A stretch of DNA of 64,000 nt, filler included, from Stramenopiles sp. TOSAG23-2 (taxonomy: Eukaryota), in the NCBI GenBank assembly GCA_900128395.1. It is 9 parts of 9 records of this genome, joined end to end, with 100 filler letters (N's around TTAATTAATTAA, not from the genome) between each part and the next. Parts side by side here need not be neighbours in the genome. Positions count along the whole stretch, not along the records: positions 26,390 to 52,578 come from LT649440.1; positions 52,679 to 54,215 come from LT652720.1; positions 54,316 to 55,851 come from LT652721.1; 6 more parts are not named here. The stretch is one strand, 5' to 3'. The notes under the pieces were generated by a model, which was not told the origin of the DNA, did no database searches, and saw only the letters and a list, made by a program, of their open reading frames with translations. A program made the position numbers and the translations under genes. Within the stretch, counting starts at the first letter, position 1. Every line of letters begins with the position of its first letter. Below, one piece after another: positions 45,301 through 55,561 of the stretch.

Positions 45301-46439
45301 CCCACGTGCCAGTAATGGGTAAAAATCCAGTTCATATAGATGTACAGTTGGTACAAGTATCGAAATGCCATTACCTCATCTACCAGTGCCTCAAAATAAC
45401 TTTCAACATTGTAGTCAATGACGTTTTTTCCTACGAGACTCTCGCATGTTGCGACATCGCTGCTCGATAAACAGGAGCCATGCATTCTGAAGTTCTCAAT
45501 CTCGATGCTGCTCACATTACACTGACCAAGTGCGTAATGGGATCCGTCCCATATGTATCTTTGACACTGAAACAGAATGAACTTTTCCCCATTGCCCAAA
45601 GGATGGCGAACTTTGCAATTTTCAAAGTACGAGGTAAATTTTTGTTCTTTCTTTAGAAAAATCATGTTGTACATTCGTATGAAAGGTTTCAAAAAACTGA
45701 CAGGCTCTTCGCTTGTTGTTGTCGACTTACTCACAACTAGTTTTGTTGATTTTTCGACGAACACAACCTCAGCGACACACAAAGGGCACTCTTGAAGAAA
45801 CCAGTTAGATCCTTTTGTTTTCATCCATATAATAATGCCAAAAAGTATCATTAAGAAGTGACAATTATAAAAATGTGTTTCCACGGTCAACACATAAGTT
45901 CCCATAATACGAAAGTCACCAAATGAGCATAGAGCGTCTGGCCACACAAACTGGCAGTCGTAATATGTCCCGAAAAGAGTCACGACGTATCCGGTGAGTA
46001 AAAGTGTAGACCAAAGCAATATACCGTAAAACGTTGCAGTCCCTAAAGCATGTTTTCGGTACCCCACCATTTTAATATCACTTTTCCCTCTTTGGCTTCT
46101 CTCTGTGTTATCGAGGAGTGGTGTCCCAAGAGATTTAAGGTTGGCATTTTTGTTTTTTGCACGTGACAGCATGCTTTTATACAAAACCCATATGCAGCAC
46201 AAAACCGCCATTGCAAGCTGAATCGCTACGTAGTAAAATGCCGGTTCGCCCAAAGCGTTTGCAAGCTTGTACTCCCACATAAACCATGGCCTCCTTGGAA
46301 CATCGTCCCGCGTTTCGACGAAACTGCCATTGCCCTTGCAGAATTCCCCCTTTGCTATTCGAGGGACAATTGGACACGGACCCGTAGGAGCCCACCGAGC
46401 TGCTCTTTGTGGTGCTGATAAAGTGCTCGCGGGGTACAT
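42336..46439 (-). CDS. P5-type cation-transporting ATPase (ATP13A-like)
   Basis: DLVPGD, ESGLTGE, CFDKTGT, FDHHTMTMSV, KGAPE, MVTGDN, ARMSPDQK and GDGGNDCGAL. Confidence 0.93.
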   Translation of the reverse strand: MYPASTLSAPQRAARWAPTGPCPIVPRIAKGEFCKGNGSFVETRDDVPRRPWFMWEYKLANALGEPAFYYVAIQLAMAVLCCIWVLYKSMLSRAKNKNANLKSLGTPLLDNTERSQRGKSDIKMVGYRKHALGTATFYGILLWSTLLLTGYVVTLFGTYYDCQFVWPDALCSFGDFRIMGTYVLTVETHFYNCHFLMILFGIIIWMKTKGSNWFLQECPLCVAEVVFVEKSTKLVVSKSTTTSEEPVSFLKPFIRMYNMIFLKKEQKFTSYFENCKVRHPLGNGEKFILFQCQRYIWDGSHYALGQCNVSSIEIENFRMHGSCLSSSDVATCESLVGKNVIDYNVESYFEALVDEVMAFRYLYQLYIYMNWIFTHYWHVGGILSSVVGVSALVRVYVKHKAKQKIFNMTRLWSHTTVLRENGLGKREWMDVPSTDLVPGDIVKLRNGANEAWDIPADMVLIRGNVVCNESGLTGEPMPVNKKALPKAEATHDLEVQTNALMSHRNSRSSRMESVLRESFALDSLVNETEKDNTVSSGKGTKTRRSSLQSIFIEEKVGEDYFLFAGCKILEIGKVSKDGSGTAEEHSGTATGDRVAIAIVWRTGISTVRGNMIQDILYPTPMAFQWDNDLGPVSVMLFFEGIITGLIGVLFTLASGAEIPSPINLVFMFIWCTSQLFSPAIPLALVVGQLSSAKRLSNECNIDVKSPSRIALGGKVKTVCFDKTGTITKEGLDYIGFVCTETQNQNECKVERNVEKLSPIIVNGLATCHNLAVFRSGVIGPQVEIEMFGATGFELEVLNSTMFVKQQGKRKLKTLEVFKFDHHTMTMSVVVEDLVNSTKVVYVKGAPEKLLKLCLPETIPANMERLIMQFSLLGNYVLALSTKRFNGTTTGKISRQETEKDLTFLGLLLFRNEMKPSSPAAFEKLRRGGIECIMVTGDNAMCGNYIAKGCGIFESAKDVLLGDVDVITGNVSWTPLVPNGSSAEAYNTDQVLQKVMADSDSFQLAMTGNAYNVLQEEGLYINRLIETVLVYARMSPDQKQDLVQRIMDNGKIVGMVGDGGNDCGALRMAHVGLALSGSDASIVAPFTTTRKSLVAAVDLLLEGRCALANSFASYKFLVIYGQIFCIVKVCGYVFGAYMPTLAYVTVDVLFVIVVTTLMTYAQPKTELAVQTPTASLLSADTVWSILKFHIVSICAFLVGLWVLVCDRGYVAHPAEYTVVWKEWTKFDSYEVGFLYVFFCMRMYGAAIAYTLGGKFRASILKNRWLILFILANFAFLTFLLLSPSTTATKWFHMPNENFNRKYTDRITWIRYQTGLVRDGTRLPSHDPSVKGISWSTLFLIYIIMIASDVLSILVEAKKPLFASQMIHE

Positions 46440-46659
46440 GTCCTGTTTGTTTTTTATATTATGAGATGTTGTTAAAATAAAATTATTATATTAGAACAAA
46501 GAAGATTGAACCCTCACATTGTACTGTGATATTTATTTGTATTAATTTTATATCTTTTTTTTTTTGCGCTGAAATCAAAGTTAATTAAGTTGAATTCAGT
46601 CGAAGGGCCTATCCTCGTCATTGAAGAATGAATGAAAAACCTTAAAAACTACTCCCTCT

Positions 46660-46736
46660 CAAAATGTGTTTGCCACAGTGCCGAGTGTGAAGGGCGTTAA
46701 CACGGCACAGGCAAACACGTCCAAAAATGGTTGCGG
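46660..46736. repeat. Hairpin direct repeat, copy 2 (upstream of the P5 ATPase)
   Basis: Same as 42178-42252 apart from a small difference in the inner stem. Confidence 0.92.
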
Positions 46737-47065
46737 GGGGGGGTCGTTACCTGCACGATGGCACGGTCTTCGGAGGAAATGGAGTCGTCCATGGGTGCCT
46801 TCCACACGTCCGTTCGTAGATGGAAAAGCACCGGTAGCGATCGGCAACGCAGCGAATCGATCGAGGAGCCTAGCGCGGGGACGTCGCCGCCCTGGAATGC
46901 CAATCCAGGCGGTGCGACAAAACATTCATTCAATTGTTAATAGACTACTAAGAGAAGAGCATGTGTCACTTCTAGCATCATTTTCTCCAAACTTACCTTC
47001 TTTTACTAACACTGTTTGGTCTCTAATGTGTGCTTCCTCCAAAAGAACCACAAGTACAACAAAAA

Positions 47066-47578
47066 ATGCTTGAAGGCGCAATTCCACCCCCGGCCAAAGT
47101 TGATCACATTGGAAGACTTACATGGCAGCTGATAGAACAGCATGATGCAGAATTGCTAGAAGTTGAAGGAAAAATACCATGGGTATATTTAACAGCAACA
47201 AAAACAATATGGGTACCACTCCAACACAGGAGGGACATGGATAGAAATATTCAAACATACCAAACAGATGGGTTTGAGGAAATGTTAATGGCAAGAAGAT
47301 CATCTTCAGATCTAATACAAGCTATGCACCACATGGCAATATCATCACGTTGCAATCAGCTTGGTGTTGTAAAAATTTCACAAACATTAGCAAGGGTTTG
47401 GAACAGTGATTGCAACAACGCATTGCTGCATTTATTGTTGAAAAAAACAAATATATTTTCGTTAAATTTTGACGTGGCAGATTTTGGTAACCATGTCCAT
47501 AATTTTGTTGCCATGTTGAACAATAACATTGAAAAAACTGGTCCATGTTTGGCTTGGTTGAAATATACCATTACATAA
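47066..47578 (+). CDS. Hypothetical protein
   Basis: 170-aa ORF from ATG 47066. No family recognised. Confidence 0.4.
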   Translation: MLEGAIPPPAKVDHIGRLTWQLIEQHDAELLEVEGKIPWVYLTATKTIWVPLQHRRDMDRNIQTYQTDGFEEMLMARRSSSDLIQAMHHMAISSRCNQLGVVKISQTLARVWNSDCNNALLHLLLKKTNIFSLNFDVADFGNHVHNFVAMLNNNIEKTGPCLAWLKYTIT

Positions 47579-47875
47579 CAAAAATCAAAAAGTCCTATTG
47601 CATTGAGAATGTAAATGTGAAAGCAATGCAAAAGATTATATTTTTTTCCTGATCCTCTTGTTTTTTTATCCGATGGCACAGCAGGTAAATAGCACACATA
47701 ATGCTATTTAGTAGTATACTATCGTAATTTCCTCCTTCTCCTCTGGCCACATATTTCAACACAAAGAGATCCCATCTATATATATACATATATACACATA
47801 TACACGTACAAACAAACAAACAACACATTTATCAAAAGTTATACATCTACAATCATACGTACTATAAATCACAAT

Positions 47876-49744
47876 ATGTCTTCCTTCAGAGATACTTCAA
47901 AAAAGAAGAAAAAAAAGAAAGAAAAGAAGAAGAAAGATGGAAAAAAAAAGAAAAAATCAAGTCATAAAAATAAATCATTAATAGATGAAGATGATGATAA
48001 TAATAGTAAAAGTAATAAACGAAAGAAAGAAATTGAAGATGCTTTAAAAGAATTTACAAATCCAAATGAATTAGTAGACCCTGATGCATTCGATGCTGAT
48101 TTTCAAGATGGTACCAATGCTTCAGCAAACACGCCAAATAGTAAATATGATAGTAGTAATATTGATAATTCAGAATTTGGACCTTCTGGTCGTTTAAATT
48201 TACGTGGTGGAATTGATATGGATGATGCCAAATAGTAAATATGATAGTAGTAATATTGATAATTCAGAATTTGGACCTTCTGGTCGTTTAAATTTACGTG
48301 GTGGAATTGATATGGATGATGATGAGAAATATTCTGGAAAAGCAATAACACGTAAAGAACTTGTAAAAAATAATTTAGGACAAAATAACGAGGGGGGGGG
48401 TGATGATGAGGATGATGAGAAAACACGTAAAAAAATTGAAAATGCCTATATGCAAAGAGCAGCAACTATAGAATTTGATGAACAAAGTGATATGATCAGT
48501 TCTTCTTCTTCTTCTTCTGATGATGATGATGAATATATTTCTAATAATAATAATAAAAATGACAATACAGATCAATATGATGATGGATCATCAAATATTG
48601 CAAATGAATTAAAACGTATTGAAGCAGAAGATAAACGTGCATTGATGAAATTATCTGCTTCAAGAGAAGACGATATTGTACGTGCAAAACATACTAAAAA
48701 TCAAATGGCATTGTATGATGATTTTTTACGATTACGGATTTCCATGCAATCCCTTGTATCATCTGCTAATCGTTTTCCACAACCAGATATATATCCATTA
48801 TATAAACAAAAAATATTAAAAAATAAAAATACAAATGCAAATTTTGATACAACTTTAAATGATGTTATGGAAACTATGAGTAGTTTATTAAACATACAAT
48901 CAACTTTAATAAGTAGAAATAATAATGTTGAAAAAATTGTGAAAAAAAATAACAAGAAACGTATGCGGAAACAAGGAAATGCTGATGAAGTTTATTAAAC
49001 ATACAATCAACTTTAATAAGTAGAAATAATAATGTTGAAAAAATTGTGAAAAAAAATAACAAGAAACGTATGCGGAAACAAGGAAATGCTGATGACGGCA
49101 GTAGTAGTAGTAGTAGTAATAGCAGTAGCGACGACGACGACGATGATGATAGCAACAATGTAAACAATGAAATTGATAGAATGTGGAAAACAATAAATGA
49201 AACAAATCAAGATATTTTTAATCATGATAGAGAAATAATTGATAAATGGGATGAAAAGATACGTTTACAATCAAGTGCTAGTCATAAAGCATTGAAAGCT
49301 GTTAATCGGACTGTTATATCACAAATAGATGCTTTAATGGCTGATAAAGATAAAATTATTCAACGTACTAGAACACATTCCGTACCAGTCAAAGTTATTG
49401 GTAAAAATGATGATAATAATGATAACAGTGACAATATATTACAAGATGATCAAGTTTACGATGATAATGATTTTTATCAAATGCAATTAAAAGAATTTAT
49501 ATCCTCATCATCTATTAATGATGTTGAACGTAGTCGTTTAGAAACAAAAGTTTCATTTAAATTGAAAAAAACAAAACGTACAGTTGATACGAAAGCAAGC
49601 AAAGGCCGTCGATTGAAATTTACACCACATTCCAAATTATTAAATTTCATGGCACCACAACCACAAGAAGAATGTATGATCGATGCAGAGGGTTTAATTG
49701 GTTCACTTTTTGAAAAAACACCTGGTGGTGGTGGTGGAGAATGA
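47876..49744 (+). CDS. AATF: AATF/Bfr2 ribosome-biogenesis protein, split into three ORFs by two tandem duplications
   Basis: KYSGKAITRK, NQMALYDDFLRLRISMQ, VYDDNDFYQ and VDTKASKGRRLKF.PHSKLLNFMAP. Duplications at 48133-48320 and 48882-49094. Confidence 0.9.
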
Positions 49745-50081
49745 ATAAAAAGAAATTGGAGGTTTTTTATATTTTTTTATAAAATTAAGAGATAGGAATT
49801 GTCATGAGTGGTGTAGTAGGAATAAAAAATTAAAATACGCGTATACATTTACTTTTATAAATTTTTATAAATAAAGATAAAACTATCATAAATGTATCAT
49901 ATCTTATATTACGAATACTCCTTTCTTCTTATTTTTTTTTTTTAAATCCGATGTACAAACAATACACCCTCCGTCTCACTTTTGTGTTCTTGGAAATTTA
50001 CCTATAAAATTTTTACCTGTTTGTGCTGGAAATTTATGTTCATCGTCTGGAAAACGATGTACAAACAATACACCCTCCGTC

Positions 50082-50582
50082 TCACTTTTGTGTTCTTGGA
50101 AATTTACCTATAAAATTTTTACCTGTTTGTGCTGGAAATTTATGTTCATCGTCTGGAAAAATGTGCAATTTAGACGCTCGAACACGTTTTAATTTGTTTT
50201 TTGGTAGCATACCTAATACAGCTTTTTTTAAAACATCTTCTGGTTTCTTTTCCATTAATTTTTTTACATTAATCGACTTTAAATTACCAACATAACCAGT
50301 ATGCCATCGATACACTTTTTGCTCCTTTTTTTTACCAGTCAATGCAACATGTCGTGCATTGGTAACTACTACATAATCACCACTATCTATATTCGGTAAA
50401 TATGTTGGTTTATGTTTCCCCATCAATACACGTGATATATCACTTGCTAAACGTCCAACTACTTTATCTTTTCCATCAATAAAATGCCATTTCGGTTTTG
50501 CAACACGTTTCCCAGCAATTCTCCTACCAATATTTTTCGTAACAGTTGCATTTCTAAATACACTCGTTTTAAAAGATGCCAT
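50082..50582 (-). CDS. MRPL13: Organellar (probably mitochondrial) ribosomal protein uL13
   Basis: WHFIDG..VVGRLAS, LMGKHKPTY, DSGDYVVVTNA, YRWHTGYVG and AVLGMLPKNKL. Confidence 0.93.
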   Translation of the reverse strand: MASFKTSVFRNATVTKNIGRRIAGKRVAKPKWHFIDGKDKVVGRLASDISRVLMGKHKPTYLPNIDSGDYVVVTNARHVALTGKKKEQKVYRWHTGYVGNLKSINVKKLMEKKPEDVLKKAVLGMLPKNKLKRVRASKLHIFPDDEHKFPAQTGKNFIGKFPRTQK

Positions 50583-51053
50583 GCTTATATATATATATTT
50601 CGTTTGTTACTATATGTATATATATATATTATGCTACATATATACATTTCTACACTCGTTTTAAAAGATGCCATGCTTATATATATATATTTCGTTTGTT
50701 ACTATATGTATATATATATATTATGCTACATATATACATTTCTACTTCTTTCTTTCATTTTTATATTTATTCAATTATTTATTAAAATGATGTGTATTGT
50801 GTTGTTGTTTTATTAATTAGTATAGGTAGGCCAACATAACAATTATTTTATTTGTAGTAAATAGTCCGCTATACTTGGTACAGTACAAATAGCATTCATT
50901 TCCCGATTTTCCCCTTTTTTTAATAATTAATAATTATTGTACGAAGAACAAAAAAAAATTATTTATTAATAAAGGACAGACGGATGCAATGGTATTAAAA
51001 GGATTGGATGAAGGGACAGATAAAAACTGAAATAAATTGTAAATAAGCTAAGC

Positions 51054-51742
51054 ATGAGTAATGATGATCGATTTAAAGATATAGAAACAATTAAAAAACC
51101 AGAACGGGATTATATAGGATTAGGGACACCGGAGGAACGTGGTAGGAATGATTTAAGGCCAGATGGATTTTTAAAAACATTAGATGACCGCGATGTTCAG
51201 GCTTTAAGAAATACACGACGTCAACACCGGAGGAACGTGGTAGGAATGATTTAAGGCCAGATGGATTTTTAAAAACATTAGATGACCGCGATGTTCAGGC
51301 TTTAAGAAATACACGACGTCATATATGGACAGGTGGTATCAATGGTTTGCTTGGTGGTGCGTTAGGCGCGATGACACTATGGCCCGCGCTGCGTTTTGCG
51401 GAGAAGAAGAAAATGTTAGGAAAATTTAAATTAGAAAGTAAACATTTGACTGGATTTGTATTGACATTAGGTGCTGTTAGTATGATTGTTGGTAGTATGG
51501 TAGCTGGTAGGAATAGTGTTCATGAATTACACCCTGTATTTAAAAAAGGTGCAAAGCCAAAATATTCAAGATATGAAAGATTACAAAAAGGTTTAGGTTT
51601 AGAAAGAGAGGAGGATGATGAAGATGGTAACCAACAGAATGTTGATGAACTTGCGGAATTAAGAGAATATGGATATGATGTAAAATTGTCAACTAAAATT
51701 CAAAAAGGTGGTGTAAATAAGTATGGGGATAAAGTTTTTTAG
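51054..51742 (+). CDS. Two-TM hypothetical protein split by a 98-bp duplication
   Basis: Collapsing 51126-51321 joins the two track ORFs: ...ALRNTRRHIWTGGINGLLGGALG... Confidence 0.7.
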
Positions 51743-52187
51743 TGTGTGTTTAGTTGGTAAATAATCACATTAGGTCGGAATTAAGAGAATATGGATATGA
51801 TGTAAAATTGTCAACTAAAATTCAAAAAGGTGGTGTAAATAAGTATGGGGATAAAGTTTTTTAGTGTGTGTTTAGTTGGTAAATAATCACATTAGGTACG
51901 TTGTACATTTTTGTTTTTTTATTTTTATAAATACGAAGTACGAATCTCATTTTATAAAAAAAAAAAGAAGAAAATTTTAGACACTCACACACGAGTGTAT
52001 ATAATGTAAGAAAATACGAAAATCCACACATATATATATACTCAGTACTGTATATATATATTTACATATGTATTCAATATATACCAAATCTCACACACAC
52101 ACACACGCCAGGAAATCAAAAAAGTCTCCTCCGGCTCTCTCTCTGTCCCTTGTAATCTTATATATCATAATATATATATACGAATAT

Positions 52188-52553
52188 AAGTACAAAAGAA
52201 GCCATGAAAATGCACGTGCTAACGGTTCTCGCTCTAATGCATCAATAGTTCCATTCGCAGTCGATACGCTAGGAAATTTTTGCTCTGTTGCTATTACCTT
52301 TTTAAAAGCAATCGCTAAAACAAAATTTGCAAAAATCTCGAACAAAGCCGAAGTAAAGGAGCTCGCAGCTTCCAATTGGATTTCTACTACGTGTAGAGAT
52401 ATACAAACCGCGATTATTAAAACTTGCGCCTATAATAATCGTTTTGCTTTAAAATGTGCATTTGGTGAGTCGTATAATGATTTGTACCCTGGTACAATTT
52501 ATTCTCCGCCTTCATATGATGTCCGTTTTCCATCAGCTATTATGAGTAGTTGA
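52188..52553 (+). mobile_element. 3' remnant of a non-LTR retrotransposon (restriction-like endonuclease clade)
   Basis: KYKR...IVPFAVDTLGNFCSVAITFLKAIA...WIS...IQTAIIK resembles the C-terminal RLE domain pattern. No real start codon. Confidence 0.65.
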
Positions 52554-52578
52554 TACTATCTATTTACCTTCATTGGTA

Positions 52579-52678
52579 NNNNNNNNNNNNNNNNNNNNNN
52601 NNNNNNNNNNNNNNNNNNNNNNTTAATTAATTAANNNNNNNNNNNNNNNNNNNNNNNNNNNNNNNNNNNNNNNNNNNN
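52579..52678. other. Artificial contig linker
   Basis: N run + TTAATTAATTAA + N run. Confidence 0.98.
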
Positions 52679-52733
52679 GAAGCGGTCGAATATGACCGCT
52701 TCCATCAATAAAGTCCCCCGACGAGAAGGTTAA
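52679..52733. mobile_element. Right end of a piggyBac-like element
   Basis: 55 bp identical to 54161-54215, ending AAGG|TTAA. Confidence 0.7.
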
Positions 52734-52895
52734 ATTATATTATGTGTGACATGAGTATTACATCAATCCTACTCGGCTATATCATTTTCAATTCCATTTC
52801 ATATCATAGACTCTCATATCTGTTGTAGCTACGAGTTATAATACTTGAAAAGAATAAATACACCGCGTAAATCATAATAGTATCAGTATATAAAA

Positions 52896-53108
52896 ATGTA
52901 TACAACAAGTCCAGTTCAACCTTTTGAAGAAAAAAATGATAAAAATCATGATGATGGTGGTAACAAAAAAGTTTATAAATGGAAAATGCTTGTGGAAAAG
53001 CATAAGGATGACTTGAGAAAATTATGGGACAACAAAAGCAAATGGCAAAAACTTGTAAGGGCAGACGTCGTTGCAAAGGGTGAAGGAGTAAATGTTTTAG
53101 AGGTGTAA
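52896..53108 (+). CDS. Short ORF or gene fragment between two piggyBac-like copies
   Basis: 70 aa with a protein-like composition. No family recognised. Confidence 0.25.
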   Translation: MYTTSPVQPFEEKNDKNHDDGGNKKVYKWKMLVEKHKDDLRKLWDNKSKWQKLVRADVVAKGEGVNVLEV

Positions 53109-53521
53109 AAATGAAATGTTTTAAATAGTCCCTATACCACCAGTACCAATACGTAAAAAATGAAACATGAAACGACTCTGGGGGGACTCTCGAGCACCTA
53201 TAATTTAAATTCCCTCATTTTAATATAATAAGGTAGTCGTCTTACCTGGTACTTTTAGGGCCTAGGGCCCTTATACCTTATAACACACTGTATATTTTTT
53301 TCTAGTATATAAATTTAGAAGATAAAGAGCACAAGAATAAATATAAATTTCAATAATTTCAAACAGAAGCTTTTTATGAATTTATTTTTGGTTTCAAATT
53401 TATATAATACCAGTCCAGCAGTATGATGATGAGCACATCATCATGAGAGATCTTCAACAAAATGTGTCAAGATTTAAAAATACCTGGTAGAATTAAAGGA
53501 CAAAATTAATAATATAATATA

Positions 53522-54215
53522 TTAACCTTCTCGTCGGGGGACTTTATTAAGCGGTCATATTCGACCGCTTTCCGGAAAAAATAATTATTTTAATGCTATG
53601 ATTATACTATACTTTAATATAATGTAATACTATTGAATTTATAATATCAAAAAAAAATATGTAAAAAATTAATTATTTCCGATTTCTACTACGCTATATA
53701 CAGCCAATGCTTAGTATAGGGAAGCGTACTTGTTAGTGTTATTTTCATATTGAAAATTCCCCCCCGGCTGTACTTGTGATGCTGAATTACAGAACCACGT
53801 CCATGAACCACTCATATATTTTCCAAACACATGCACTGTTTGATCAATTTAGAAGCGGTCGAATATGACCGCTTCCACTTTAAGCGCTCTCTATTGATAT
53901 TGTTAGAAATGTTATTTGTTTATTCTTATGTTTATTACATTTTTTATCCAATCCTTAACGTTTTGTTGTAATTGAATATTCTTGAAGTTGTTTTTTTTCA
54001 TTTTAATGTGTGCAAATTGATTAGACTACATAAAAATTCCCCTATCAAAACTGTCTCTTTTCTTTGCCGAAATTAAAATAGACTTATGTTTTCCATTTAT
54101 ATTAATACAATGGGAATAGCAAGCAGCGATAAAAATACTATACGAAAAATGTCGGAAATTGAAGCGGTCGAATATGACCGCTTCCATCAATAAAGTCCCC
54201 CGACGAGAAGGTTAA
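53522..54215. mobile_element. piggyBac-like non-autonomous element (686 bp plus TTAA on each side)
   Basis: TTAA|CCTTCTCGTCGGGGGACTTTATT is a perfect 23-bp TIR at both ends. The palindrome AAGCGGTC-N6-GACCGCTT occurs at 53549, 53853 and 54162. Confidence 0.78.
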
Positions 54216-54315
54216 NNNNNNNNNNNNNNNNNNNNNNNNNNNNNNNNNNNNNNNNNNNNTTAATTAATTAANNNNNNNNNNNNNNNNNNNNNNNNNNNNN
54301 NNNNNNNNNNNNNNN
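54216..54315. other. Artificial contig linker
   Basis: N run + TTAATTAATTAA + N run. Confidence 0.98.
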
Positions 54316-54316
54316 A

Positions 54317-54505
54317 GTTAACCCACCACAAGGATTTGCAGATGAACGTAAGAAGCCATTGGGATTATCTGTGACTTTCAAACCTGAAACAGCTGTACAT
54401 TACAGAAGTAGATTTAGATTTTTAGTTAAAAATGGACAAAGTTTTGATGTATTGTTGTTTGGTAAGGGTAGTTTCTATGAAGGCACTGATCGTGTGATGA
54501 AGTAA
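54317..54505 (+). CDS. C-terminal fragment of a CFAP65-like ASH-domain ciliary protein
   Basis: Manual translation: VNPPQG...LSVTFKPETAVHYRSRFRFLVKNGQSFDVLLFGKGSFYE...stop. Confidence 0.55.
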   Translation, partial: VNPPQGFADERKKPLGLSVTFKPETAVHYRSRFRFLVKNGQSFDVLLFGKGSFYEGTDRVMK

Positions 54506-54781
54506 AACGAAAAATCTGTAAAATATACTACGAGTAAACGAAATTTGTTACACCGTTTTATTTAAAATATTATCATATTACGTCTTCGTATAACATTTTT
54601 TTGTAAAAATTTAATATAAAATATTATATATATACGACGCATCATATAAAATTTATTTTTTAATTTACTCAAATATGATACTCGTACGTAATTCCTACTC
54701 TTCAAAAGAATATGATACCATTATTGGCGAATTTCTTGTTTACATTTTCATCATTATTTTTTTCTTCCCTTTTTTATATGC

Positions 54782-55561
54782 TCATTCCATTTCAATTTCT
54801 TGAGCATCATCATCAGAATTATCAGAATCTCGATCCCAATTCCGCATTTTTGCCCCAATCATAAATTTATCATCCAACCAGTCAGTCTTATTTTTCTTTG
54901 CAATAGTATCACCGCCTTCATCAGTAGATTTTCTTGAATTGCTCGAGTTGTTATTATTATTATTATTATTATTATCAGAATTGCTCCCACTATTCCCTTT
55001 TGTTCCCTGTGATAACATATCAAAAAATTTATCTTTCGAAAGATTTTTATCACTTTTGCTAGATGATGAGGTACTACCTGCATTGTCTCTGACTGTCTGC
55101 GCAGCTTTGACGGCATTAAATAACGAGACCACTCCACGTGTTGCTATTCGCTTTAGTTGCCTTTCATAATTCATAGTTTTATAAGTTGGAATTTCTAAAC
55201 CTATCATATCCTTATCTTTTTTCGTTGCACGTGCTTTTTTTCTCTCTCTTTCTTCCTCTAATTCTTTTTCTATTAGTTTCATATTTGGAGTTTTTCTCTT
55301 TGATAATATAGCACTTCCCGGGCTCTTGGCATCTAATGGCTTCTTCAGAATTTTTTGAAGTGCATCTGCAAAGCCACCACCACCTCCAAGACCACTATTA
55401 TTTTTACCTAATCCTTCAGTATCTTCATTGTCACTACCACCATCACTACTACTACTATTACTACTACTACTTTCTTCGTCATGACGATTATTATCCCCTT
55501 CGTCACTGCTACTACTACTACTATTATTTACATCTTCATGTTCATCAGAACTATTCGACAT
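54782..55561 (-). CDS. RRP15: Ribosomal RNA processing protein 15
   Basis: GFADALQKIL, ILSKRK, YERQLKRIATRGVVSLFNAV, KDKFFDML and WLDDKFMIGAKMRNWD. Confidence 0.9.
   Translation of the reverse strand: MSNSSDEHEDVNNSSSSSSDEGDNNRHDEESSSSNSSSSDGGSDNEDTEGLGKNNSGLGGGGGFADALQKILKKPLDAKSPGSAILSKRKTPNMKLIEKELEEERERKKARATKKDKDMIGLEIPTYKTMNYERQLKRIATRGVVSLFNAVKAAQTVRDNAGSTSSSSKSDKNLSKDKFFDMLSQGTKGNSGSNSDNNNNNNNNNSSNSRKSTDEGGDTIAKKNKTDWLDDKFMIGAKMRNWDRDSDNSDDDAQEIEME

Noticed and set aside
52753..52761. GAGTATTAC resembling a CRESS-DNA virus nonanucleotide in a terminally redundant contig
   Set aside because: Only a 3-bp flanking stem and no Rep ORF. The TTAA-bounded TIRs explain the redundancy better.
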